DNA of 64,000 bases, taken from an uncultured Victivallales bacterium. GTDB taxonomy: Bacteria; Verrucomicrobiota; Lentisphaeria; Victivallales; GWF2-45-14. Position 1 is the first letter of the stretch. Every line of letters starts with the position of its first letter. Below the pieces are notes generated by a model, which ran no database searches, was not told the DNA's origin, and was given only the letters and a program-made list of their open reading frames with translations. Shown one piece after another: positions 8,310 to 17,134 of the stretch. The translations under genes and the position numbers were made by a program. The stretch spans positions 63-64,062 of the forward strand of contig CAZYVR010000002.1 of NCBI GenBank assembly GCA_964651145.1, in the 5' to 3' direction.

Positions 8310-11225
8310 TCACTTGTTGATTGTAAGATTTGAATAATTTTTTACATCATGAAAATTCTTGTCAAGAATGCTTATGCAACTCCATTCTTTATTAAAACTT
8401 GACAGATTTTGTCGGGCAAGATTAATTCCAATGCAAGCCTTTGTTTCTTCGAAGTTGCTGAATGGCATGCGAATTTCAGCAATCCATGTATCGTCCTTAA
8501 CAGATGTTGCTGTTTCCCACTTGCCATTCCATGAAGGATTTTCTTTTTGTCTTAGCGTACATTTGGAATCAAACTTTGCGGCAGAAGGATTAATGGCAAA
8601 ATGAAAATATGTTTGTTGGTCTTTGTTTGCGTCAATGAATATTTCAACGCAATCATCTTCATCTTTTTCGTCCCAAAAGCCATAGTCATGCTTTCTTTTT
8701 TTTGTCTTGACGCTTTTCATGTTTGCGGACTTGCATATGATGGCAATATAAAGATTTTCTTTGTCATTGACAAACTTCACTTCTGTTTGCTCCATTGCTA
8801 ATTTTATTTTCTGGTTTCCATGCTCAAATTTCACAAAAGAAGAATAAGTTTTACCATTTCCCCATGCCGTTTCAGAAAGATTGCCGTCGATATTAATGAC
8901 GCCATTTTTTCGAGAGCTTGTCAGGTTTCTGTTCTTATATTTATTTTGTGTCTTTTTATCCAACACTTTCAGATTCTTTAGGATGTTCTTGCTTTTTTGG
9001 AGCCTGTTAAATTTTTCAACAAGTTTTTCATATGTCAACAAATAGTTTCGATGCCCCCATTTTCCTTTTTCAGGCGGATATGCGGGGTAACCTTCATACA
9101 TTTGAGGCTTGTCTTTTACCTTGCGCAATGTTTCAGATATGAATTTGTCTATGTTTTTGGCTGAGTCAATCCCTTTTGCTATTTCTGCGTCTCCATCCGC
9201 TATTCCCCCATTTTTGTACAACTCCTTGGCTTTAAAATAGTGCATCCATATTTTGGAATAAGCCTCCCAAAGGGAAGCATATTTAAAGTAATGGACTACA
9301 TAGCGTCTAGCTAACAAAGACATTTTTATATTGTTTTCGCCGAGAAGCTTTTCAATGCTTTCTCGAGCTTTTTTTACTGCTTCATGTTGTTTTTTAATTC
9401 CTTCATAGTTTATGAATTCTTCGGGAGAAATATCCAGTTTGTTTTTTGAAAGAGTTCCAGTTTCCTCTATGGCAGATTTTGCCTGGCTTACTCTTAGCTT
9501 GATTCTTGCAAGCAATTGCTCAGGATTTTGCAGATATTCCATATAAAGCCCGCTGTTCATTAAAGGCAGCATGGCCTCGCCCCCTTCGCCCCACATGACT
9601 TTGCATGCTTGCGGAAGAAACTTTTTCATAATCGAGTCTGGAGCAGCACTGTCTTTTAGCGGATCAATATAATATCTGAAATATTCGCTGTCTGGACCTT
9701 CGGTGTTCCATGCGTATTCCGCGCAAAGAATAGTCTGGATAGGGTTTAAAGACAATTGCGTCATCACAAATGGGAATGCGTAAAATATAATGTCTCGATC
9801 ATTATTGAAAAAGAATGTCTTTGAAAATCTTGGGTTTGTGGCAAAAAGAGGCTTATAGTCTTTCCCAAATTCAAAATATGCGTCAAAGGCGCGTTTAGGG
9901 AACAAATTTCGATATGATTCCAAGTCTTTTCGCATGGCTTCCCGGTAAAGCATGCATATATCCTCAGGAATGAGTATGTTTATTTTCCTGTAATATGCTT
10001 TTAACTTTTCTTTTTCGTATTCAGCAAATTTTTTAGGCATATCAAGGCCTATGTTTATGGGAAAATTTTCCTTCATCACATTATCTGGGCTATATGGGTA
10101 TACAGTAAAAACAAATTTAAAATTAGGATTGTCTTTTCTTATTATATCATAGAGCAGGTTGATCACGTGGGCGTCTGCGGATGCTCTATCATTCCCAAAG
10201 CGTGTTTTGGTCTCATCTAATCTATCGTTCCACTCTGCGTAATTTAGCGTTGTCAAGCCAGTGTCAATGCTTTCAAAATATCCATAGTTATAATTTCCTG
10301 CTTTGATTATTTTTGAATATTTCTCGGCTTCCTTTGTCAGTAAATCGTCCCTGCTCCACGAAATATAATGATCTTTATGGCGGTTTGATATTCGTACATT
10401 TTTATACTCAGGCTTTTCTTTGTTTTCTTTGACGGTTCCAGCGGATTGAAAAGGAAAAACGTCATACATGAACAAATCAATGCCGCGCTCATTTGCATAT
10501 TTTGCTGTTCTTTTAGCCATTTTTGATGGAAAACGTCTTTTGTTTACAATCACTAAATTTATCTTTTGGGATAATAGCCAATCAATATATTCCTTCAAGC
10601 ATTCATAATAAGCATCTTTCGGAGGATTGTTGGCATAAACCATTTTTTCATTAAAAATTCCAGGCCGTCTCCAAACAGTTGAAAGACTGCCGTATCCAAC
10701 AACTCTGTGTTTGAAGTCTGGCCAATCTTTTATGTCTGCTATTCTAATTTTTATTTCATTTTTCTCTTTCAATAATTGATTAAAAGTCATTGCCGCATAT
10801 AAAACGCCCACTGGATCATTGCCTGCCATGATTATGTAATCATCCGTCATTTTTATTGCATACCCTTGAAGCTTTTTCGGGATATCTAGTGAGTCATTTT
10901 TTAGAAATTTTAAATATTTGTTCTCGTGCTTTTGCCCGATAAGTATTAATTTTGTCTTTGTTAGCTTTCCCGGAGAAGTGGTGTCTTTATAAATTGTTAA
11001 TTTTTCTCCACCAAGAAAAAGCACGCGTTTGTTTATCTCTTCCGCCGCAATTTGAGCTTGTCTCAAATTTGCCTGCACGACTATGGCATAATCTTTTAAA
11101 CTTAGATATTCTTTTTGGAATTTTAATTTTTTGGGAGTTGGAATTATCTCATAAGGCTCAGCGTTCATTAACGATGACACAGCCAAAATTACAGAAAACA
11201 AAACATGTTTTTTACACATTATCAA
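8310..11225 (-). CDS. Secreted glycoside hydrolase-like protein: GH20 domain-2 fold, barrel domain and C-terminal CBM9-like sugar-binding domain
   Basis: Signal peptide; IIPTPK, QGY.I...GNDPVGVLYAAMTF.QL, IKDWPDFKHR; AEYAWN; C-terminal IDGNLSE.AW...DDCVEIFID...W.AEIRMPF. Confidence 0.65.
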   Translation of the reverse strand: MIMCKKHVLFSVILAVSSLMNAEPYEIIPTPKKLKFQKEYLSLKDYAIVVQANLRQAQIAAEEINKRVLFLGGEKLTIYKDTTSPGKLTKTKLILIGQKHENKYLKFLKNDSLDIPKKLQGYAIKMTDDYIIMAGNDPVGVLYAAMTFNQLLKEKNEIKIRIADIKDWPDFKHRVVGYGSLSTVWRRPGIFNEKMVYANNPPKDAYYECLKEYIDWLLSQKINLVIVNKRRFPSKMAKRTAKYANERGIDLFMYDVFPFQSAGTVKENKEKPEYKNVRISNRHKDHYISWSRDDLLTKEAEKYSKIIKAGNYNYGYFESIDTGLTTLNYAEWNDRLDETKTRFGNDRASADAHVINLLYDIIRKDNPNFKFVFTVYPYSPDNVMKENFPINIGLDMPKKFAEYEKEKLKAYYRKINILIPEDICMLYREAMRKDLESYRNLFPKRAFDAYFEFGKDYKPLFATNPRFSKTFFFNNDRDIIFYAFPFVMTQLSLNPIQTILCAEYAWNTEGPDSEYFRYYIDPLKDSAAPDSIMKKFLPQACKVMWGEGGEAMLPLMNSGLYMEYLQNPEQLLARIKLRVSQAKSAIEETGTLSKNKLDISPEEFINYEGIKKQHEAVKKARESIEKLLGENNIKMSLLARRYVVHYFKYASLWEAYSKIWMHYFKAKELYKNGGIADGDAEIAKGIDSAKNIDKFISETLRKVKDKPQMYEGYPAYPPEKGKWGHRNYLLTYEKLVEKFNRLQKSKNILKNLKVLDKKTQNKYKNRNLTSSRKNGVINIDGNLSETAWGNGKTYSSFVKFEHGNQKIKLAMEQTEVKFVNDKENLYIAIICKSANMKSVKTKKRKHDYGFWDEKDEDDCVEIFIDANKDQQTYFHFAINPSAAKFDSKCTLRQKENPSWNGKWETATSVKDDTWIAEIRMPFSNFEETKACIGINLARQNLSSFNKEWSCISILDKNFHDVKNYSNLTINK

Positions 11226-11992
11226 TATTCTCCTTTTTCTATTTCGATATTTTTATAATTTCGATTTTTTCTGAATATCCCTTCAATTTTTCCTTTTTGC
11301 GATGAAACAATCAAAAGAGTGTCTTTATCATTATTCAAAATCTTTTCAGGCGCAAAGGTTTTTCCGTATCTAGGAATGCCTGATATTCTAATTTGAGATA
11401 TTTGCATGTCTGGAAATGTTTTTTTATCTATTTTCCCGTTTTTGTCCCTTACGGCTCCTATAAGAATGTAATAAGGGACGCTTCCTGATAATTTTCCTCC
11501 CAATAAAAATTTGGAATCATAAAATATCTTTTTATTCTGAACAGGCTTGCCATTAATAAATAATTTTGTTTTTTCTATGCTAATGGCTCCTTGTATGGTT
11601 TCCCATTGAAAAGCAATGTTATTCCATTTGTCTAATGCTATTCGCTGAGAAAATTGGATTTGACCATGCCAGTTGTCTGATGATATTCTTGCTGAAAAGA
11701 CATTATTGCTGTCCAATTGCATTAAAATTGAATTTTTCCAAGCCTTTTCCCCCCAGAAAAAAACAGGTATGTTAGTTTTTCTTGCAAGAGATCCAAACTT
11801 TATCCAAAATTCTATAGTTCCTTCTTTGACTAAAAAATGCTTAGTTTCAATGTTCTCGCTTGAAAGAGAAGATGAAAAATTTTTTAGATATTCATTTTTA
11901 ACAGTAAAACGCTCTGATATTTCAAAACCATAAGCATTGATGCAAAATATATAAAAAATCAGCACGTTTATGTATGAATAAGTCAAAATCAT
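11222..11992 (-). CDS. LamG/concanavalin A-like jellyroll domain protein, secreted
   Basis: EGTIEFWIK, W.NIAFQW, LFINGK, ISQIRIS..PRY; hydrophobic N-terminus; start set at ATG 11992. Confidence 0.7.
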   Translation of the reverse strand: MILTYSYINVLIFYIFCINAYGFEISERFTVKNEYLKNFSSSLSSENIETKHFLVKEGTIEFWIKFGSLARKTNIPVFFWGEKAWKNSILMQLDSNNVFSARISSDNWHGQIQFSQRIALDKWNNIAFQWETIQGAISIEKTKLFINGKPVQNKKIFYDSKFLLGGKLSGSVPYYILIGAVRDKNGKIDKKTFPDMQISQIRISGIPRYGKTFAPEKILNNDKDTLLIVSSQKGKIEGIFRKNRNYKNIEIEKGEY

Positions 11993-12000
11993 GCTTCCGC

Positions 12001-12630
12001 CTAGTCCCACCACATTGTTATGCCTCTGACCAATATTCCGTCCATTTTATTCCCATCGCCGCCTGATCGGTATTGGCTGATTTTCATTGCATCTCCATGT
12101 CCGTCCATGAAAATAAAATTGGAGTTGCCGGCATGCCGGTTGCCAACATCCGTTATTGGATTATTATTCAGAATGGCTTTTTGATAAGTGTCCGCAAAGT
12201 AAAATCTTTTGGTGGGCATATGACGCATAAGTTCTGACAGTTTTCCTTGTCCCAGGCCTTTTGCTGACTCATTGATTCCAATGCTGTAGTCCAAAGAGTC
12301 ATAGTCATTCCATTGATTATCATCACTCGGACAGCGATATATCATTGCCTTGTCTGTTGTGGGGAAGTATTCCGACAGTCTGCGTCCCCAGGAAATCAAG
12401 TCGTCCGGGACTTTGTCTATCACGCCTTCGCCGTTGTAGTCATCGGCATAGGCTATTGCGTTCAAATAAATCTGCTTCATCATGCTCAGGCAAGCTATTT
12501 TCTGCGCTGTTCCTCGGGCTTTGTTCAATGCAGGCAGCAGCATAGACGCCAGGATTGCTATTATGGCAATCACAACGAGCAATTCGATAAGTGTGAAGTG
12601 CGTTTTTTTCCTGTGACTAGAGCGGCGCAT
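12001..12630 (-). CDS. Prepilin-type N-terminal cleavage/methylation protein with H-X9-DG motif (DUF1559-like)
   Basis: [29 protein letters not shown]; YRCPSD; [14 protein letters not shown]; GGAGG RBS 8 nt before ATG 12630. Confidence 0.92.
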   Translation of the reverse strand: MRRSSHRKKTHFTLIELLVVIAIIAILASMLLPALNKARGTAQKIACLSMMKQIYLNAIAYADDYNGEGVIDKVPDDLISWGRRLSEYFPTTDKAMIYRCPSDDNQWNDYDSLDYSIGINESAKGLGQGKLSELMRHMPTKRFYFADTYQKAILNNNPITDVGNRHAGNSNFIFMDGHGDAMKISQYRSGGDGNKMDGILVRGITMWWD

Positions 12631-12653
12631 TATCCGTTCCTCCATTGCTGTTT

Positions 12654-13844
12654 CTATATTTCTTCATTTTTAATGCTCATATATTTATTCCATATTTTGA
12701 GCTGGTCAATTATTATTTCTTCGCCGTGCGCTTTGTATGAACCGCCAATTTTTAACGTTGTTCCTTTATTTTCGTTTTTAATTTTGGATTTGTCAAACTC
12801 AATGGTGACTTCGCTTATGTTTTTTATTATTTTCCCGTCTTTGTAAATGGCAAATTCATCTTTTTTCTTGCCTTTGTTGGCCTTCCATGAGATAGCTACG
12901 TGATGCCATTTATCAGGCGTTTCGCCGTATCCAGCGAAAAAGCTGGGGCTGTGTCCTGAAAAGCGGACGCCAAATTTCTTAGTTCCACCGAACCCGCTGA
13001 AAATTTGAATTCTATTTGTTTTATCGCCTATTCCGTTTACCCAAAAAGTGACAAGGCTTCGTTGCGGATATTTGTCCATTTTTTTGTATTTTACTTTTTG
13101 CCAAAATTCAATGCATCCTTCGTCAAGGTTTATTTTTCCTTTTGGAGAATAGACTATTGCTGTGCCTGGTTTGTTATTTTTTATTTTCAAGGCATTGCCA
13201 AATTTGCCTTTCACTATTTCCATGTCAGGGGTTGATATAGTTGCATCGTAAGGGAAATTTATTCTGCCGCCATTTGCGAATATGGCCGGAAAGCTTTCAA
13301 AGTTCTCCTGAAACATCAGGCTCTTGATTGTTGGTTTGTAGTTGACTACTTTTGTCCCTTTTGAAATTCTCCAGTTGGCGATGCTGAAGGAGCCTTTGCC
13401 TTTATGGCTTAGTATTATAGATGTTTTGGATGCGCTTGCTGGTATGTATATTTCTTGCGACGATTTTGTCCATGAATCGGCATTGCTATAGATTCTGAAT
13501 AACTCTGGCATTAGTCTTATAGTTTTTCCGGAGTTGTCCCAAAATTTTGTTTGCATTTCAAAAAAGTTGCCTTTGCCTATCTCTCTAGCTTTCTTGTACT
13601 CAAACTCAATCTTGCATGAATGCCCGGGCAAGGCTCCTTGCGTTGGAGTGAAGCGTAGCTTTTCTATTGAATTGCTATTGTCGCCTTTAAATTGCAAAAC
13701 GTTCTTCCTGCCTGCCAACTCCGGCAGCTCTTTTATAAAGCCACCCTTGACAGTGGCTTTGCCTTCCTGAAGGATTCCGCCGATGCTGTTTGGGCTCCAC
13801 AGGCAAGCAATGGCAACAAGGCATGTTAATATTTTAACTTTCAT
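12654..13844 (-). CDS. Secreted protein with an N-terminal CBM-like domain and a C-terminal LamG domain
   Basis: Signal peptide; [42 protein letters not shown]. Confidence 0.7.
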   Translation of the reverse strand: MKVKILTCLVAIACLWSPNSIGGILQEGKATVKGGFIKELPELAGRKNVLQFKGDNSNSIEKLRFTPTQGALPGHSCKIEFEYKKAREIGKGNFFEMQTKFWDNSGKTIRLMPELFRIYSNADSWTKSSQEIYIPASASKTSIILSHKGKGSFSIANWRISKGTKVVNYKPTIKSLMFQENFESFPAIFANGGRINFPYDATISTPDMEIVKGKFGNALKIKNNKPGTAIVYSPKGKINLDEGCIEFWQKVKYKKMDKYPQRSLVTFWVNGIGDKTNRIQIFSGFGGTKKFGVRFSGHSPSFFAGYGETPDKWHHVAISWKANKGKKKDEFAIYKDGKIIKNISEVTIEFDKSKIKNENKGTTLKIGGSYKAHGEEIIIDQLKIWNKYMSIKNEEI

Positions 13845-13857
13845 TTTTTATCTCCAT

Positions 13858-16800
13858 CTATTCTAATATTATTGTTCCATAATTTATGGTCTCGGCGTGC
13901 GCATTACCTTTTCCTGACCATACAATCTGTGATTTTCGCGTTTTATATTTCCCGTCATTGTCGTCAACCGCTATTTCAAAGCCTATGACTTTTCCTTTTG
14001 CCGGAACAAACGACTCTCCGTTTGCGCTCTTTAGAGAGCTCCATGGAATTTCGATGTCCAGAGTGTAGCCATCATTGTTTTTTGAAGATTTAAGCTTGAC
14101 TGAATTTGCGTCGAAGTTCAGTCCGCCGCCATGTTTTATTGGAATGAATTTATTATTGGGCGCGAATGTTAATTGATAGTCTTCGGCTGTAAATCTGTTC
14201 ATATTGCTGGCTATGTCTATGTCAAAGAACAGCTCCACGCAGTCGCCATTATACAGAGCATTGTCTTTTGCTGGATCCAGCTTGTCATCTTTTACATTAA
14301 TTGCAAGATAGAGGTTTTTATTATCCCATGATGCGTTCACTTTTGCCGAAGAGTCCTCTTTGCCTGACCAGGCATTTTTGACTGTTTTTATTTTGACCTG
14401 TTCAGCTTTGTCCAGATGCGCAGTCATGGGATTTGAAGCGTCGGCGTGTTTTGCTATGAGCAGTTTTATATTCTTTTTGCTCACAAATTTAATTTCGCCT
14501 CCATTGACTTCCGTGACAGTTAATTGAACATCTAAATTTTCACTGTTTCCTGTTTGGATTACGGGGAAAAGAAAAAGCTCTTTGCCGCGTGGCTGAATTT
14601 TTTTGCTTATTGCCCCGGAGTTTAATTTCCAGTCCGCGCTTATGTTTGTCAGCTCTACGCCAAACTCTAATTCTTTATTGAATTTATTGCTTATTTGGAG
14701 TCCGACGCAAACCTTTCCGTCTTTTCCATTTATCAAGCGTATGAAATCAATGGAATAGCTTTTGGCAAATTCCAGTTTATCAAGAGCTATCTTCAGGCTC
14801 TTGTATTTTTCATTTGACATAATCATATAGAACGGCCTGCGGCTGAATGTGGCTTTGAAGCCTTTGGGAGATAACTCAGGGGGAAAAGGATTGCCCATTA
14901 TGTCCAGAAAATTTATTCCATCAGGAGAGCAGGCGATATCGTGCGTCTCTGCCTTTTTTCCAAAGTTCCAGCAAAACACTATATTTTTGTCTCCTTTGTC
15001 AAAAACTCCGCAGAAGTCGTTTGCCGATAAGTCAATCTGCTCCTTGAATTTTGCACCTTCCATTATTTCAGTCATTGCGTCATAAGCCATCAACGAAGGC
15101 CGGGGCGCTCCGTCATATTCAAGCAGGTTAAAGGTGCCAGTCCCTGGCCCAAGGTGCCCTGAACCGAAGCCCAGAATAAAATAGAAATGTTTTTGAATTC
15201 CAAGCGCCATTTGCATGATTTCTTTGCCTACCAGAAAGTTTGCCTGATCCTGAGGCGAGGTTGTGATAAAACGGCTATACGCCACTCTTTCAGGCTTAAT
15301 GTCATGATAAGCCGGGATGGTTGCCGTTCCCACCTCTGTGTTCCATACTGGCATAGGTTTGCCGTCCGAGGTTTTGTCGGCCACAATTTTAAAAAGTTTT
15401 TTTATGCTGTTTTCTTCGTTGTCAGCGGGCGACGCATATGTATGCACAGAGATCACATCCATCAGTTCGTTGGGATTTTCAGAGAAAGCCAGAGATTTTT
15501 TTACCCATCCCAAAGGGTCTCCGCCAAGATCGCCTGTGCCGCAAAGCCCCACTACTGTTGCGTCTGGGGCGGCTTGTTTTATTCCGTCATGAGCCGCTTT
15601 CAGAATGGGCATATATTCATTCCCGCGCATTTTGACAGTCGGTTCATTCCATACTTCCCACGCTGTGATTCTGCCTTTGTAATGCTCGGCCAATTTGCGT
15701 GTGTGCTCTTTAAATTTTTTCAAGTCCGGCAATTTCTGGTTGTATCCACGGCTTGAGCCGCCGAGGCTCTTTTTTTCAGAACGGGCCCAGGGCGGTATGG
15801 CGCTGAAGCATGTTCCCCAGCGTTCCCATTGACTATTGCCCAATTGATTGCCCAGGATGGGCATTACTTTCAATTTGTGCTTGTCTGCCAATTCCATATA
15901 TTTTTCGGCGCTTTCAAAGTTGAATCTGTTTTCTTCCGGGTGAATAAACGCCATATGGAAAATTTTAAATGTTCTAAGCCATTTTGCGCCTATGTCCCGA
16001 GCCAGTTTAAATTGTTTGTCAGGTTCCACTTGCCCCGTGAACATCAGCTCATATCTTGGTTTTATGCCCCAGAATTGCCTCCAGTCAACTACTTCCGCGC
16101 TTGGCAAATGAATTCCAAAGAAGGAGTTTTCTTTTAACTCAGCATTTTTTTCTTCTGTGATCACTCCAAAAAGGAACTCAGTTTTTGCCTTTATATTTCC
16201 CTTGGAGTCCTTCAGCTCCGCCCATAGCTTGTAAGAGCCGCGTGGCTGCTGCGAAAGCGTTATGACTTTTTCAATTGATTCATCTTTGCTTATTTCAAAT
16301 GCTTCTTTTTTTAGTGGCTTTTTGGTTCCATAATAGTAGTTTTCAAGGACATATTCTAAAGTCATGGCCTTTTCATCTTTTGTCGAATAAACTCTGCATT
16401 TTGCAGATACATCTTCGCTAGTGTAATATATAGGCATGCGATTTTCGGGGATTGATGACATGGCTATTGATATATCGTTTGCCGGGTTAAAGTCTGATGC
16501 CGCATTGTTTTCTTCTATTTGAAAGCCGTCAAACCATATGGAGCCATCTTTGTCGGCTGGGGCGACGGCGCGAATGCGGATGCAGTATCTGTTTTGGAAA
16601 CCGCGTTTTGCGGGGGCAAGAGGGACGGTGAAGCTTTTTGTCAGTCTTTGCCAGTCTGTCTGGCAGTCAACGGCAAAGCCTCCGAAGAGTCCGTCAGAAC
16701 CGGTAGTCTTTCCTGTTATATGCATTGCTCCGGAAATTTTTTTGCCTGGAATATTGCTTTGGACATAAAATGAAAGCGTGTAGCTTTTACCCGGCTCAAG

Positions 16801-17067
16801 CTTTATGGGCGCCGATATGAGGTCGTGAGCTCCTGCGCCTTTTTTGGTTATTTTTAGGCTTTTTTTCCCATGAACGGCAAAGTCATCAGCGCATTCAGGG
16901 GGAGCAAAATCTTTGCTTTGCGAGTAATACCGCCTGGAATGAACGCCCCATCCCCTCATGCCTGTCTCAAAGTCGCCATTGTCAATCAAATTTTCAGCTT
17001 GGATTATGCAGAGCTGTCCAAATGTCAGCAAAATAAATGCAAAATAGGACCTTTGTTTTATTTTCAT
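13858..17067 (-). CDS. Secreted clan GH-A glycoside hydrolase (GH39-like) with CBM4/9-like N-terminus and CBM9/DOMON-like C-terminus
   Basis: Signal peptide; NLIDNGDFE; acid/base WEVWNEP; nucleophile PVWNTEVG; C-terminal WDNKNLYLAINVKDD..GDCVELFFD. Confidence 0.75.
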   Translation of the reverse strand: MKIKQRSYFAFILLTFGQLCIIQAENLIDNGDFETGMRGWGVHSRRYYSQSKDFAPPECADDFAVHGKKSLKITKKGAGAHDLISAPIKLEPGKSYTLSFYVQSNIPGKKISGAMHITGKTTGSDGLFGGFAVDCQTDWQRLTKSFTVPLAPAKRGFQNRYCIRIRAVAPADKDGSIWFDGFQIEENNAASDFNPANDISIAMSSIPENRMPIYYTSEDVSAKCRVYSTKDEKAMTLEYVLENYYYGTKKPLKKEAFEISKDESIEKVITLSQQPRGSYKLWAELKDSKGNIKAKTEFLFGVITEEKNAELKENSFFGIHLPSAEVVDWRQFWGIKPRYELMFTGQVEPDKQFKLARDIGAKWLRTFKIFHMAFIHPEENRFNFESAEKYMELADKHKLKVMPILGNQLGNSQWERWGTCFSAIPPWARSEKKSLGGSSRGYNQKLPDLKKFKEHTRKLAEHYKGRITAWEVWNEPTVKMRGNEYMPILKAAHDGIKQAAPDATVVGLCGTGDLGGDPLGWVKKSLAFSENPNELMDVISVHTYASPADNEENSIKKLFKIVADKTSDGKPMPVWNTEVGTATIPAYHDIKPERVAYSRFITTSPQDQANFLVGKEIMQMALGIQKHFYFILGFGSGHLGPGTGTFNLLEYDGAPRPSLMAYDAMTEIMEGAKFKEQIDLSANDFCGVFDKGDKNIVFCWNFGKKAETHDIACSPDGINFLDIMGNPFPPELSPKGFKATFSRRPFYMIMSNEKYKSLKIALDKLEFAKSYSIDFIRLINGKDGKVCVGLQISNKFNKELEFGVELTNISADWKLNSGAISKKIQPRGKELFLFPVIQTGNSENLDVQLTVTEVNGGEIKFVSKKNIKLLIAKHADASNPMTAHLDKAEQVKIKTVKNAWSGKEDSSAKVNASWDNKNLYLAINVKDDKLDPAKDNALYNGDCVELFFDIDIASNMNRFTAEDYQLTFAPNNKFIPIKHGGGLNFDANSVKLKSSKNNDGYTLDIEIPWSSLKSANGESFVPAKGKVIGFEIAVDDNDGKYKTRKSQIVWSGKGNAHAETINYGTIILE

Positions 17068-17134
17068 TGTTTATATTCCTTATTTTTTGAGATGTTATTT
17101 TAATGTCTTTATTCTTGAAATTGCGATCTGATCC

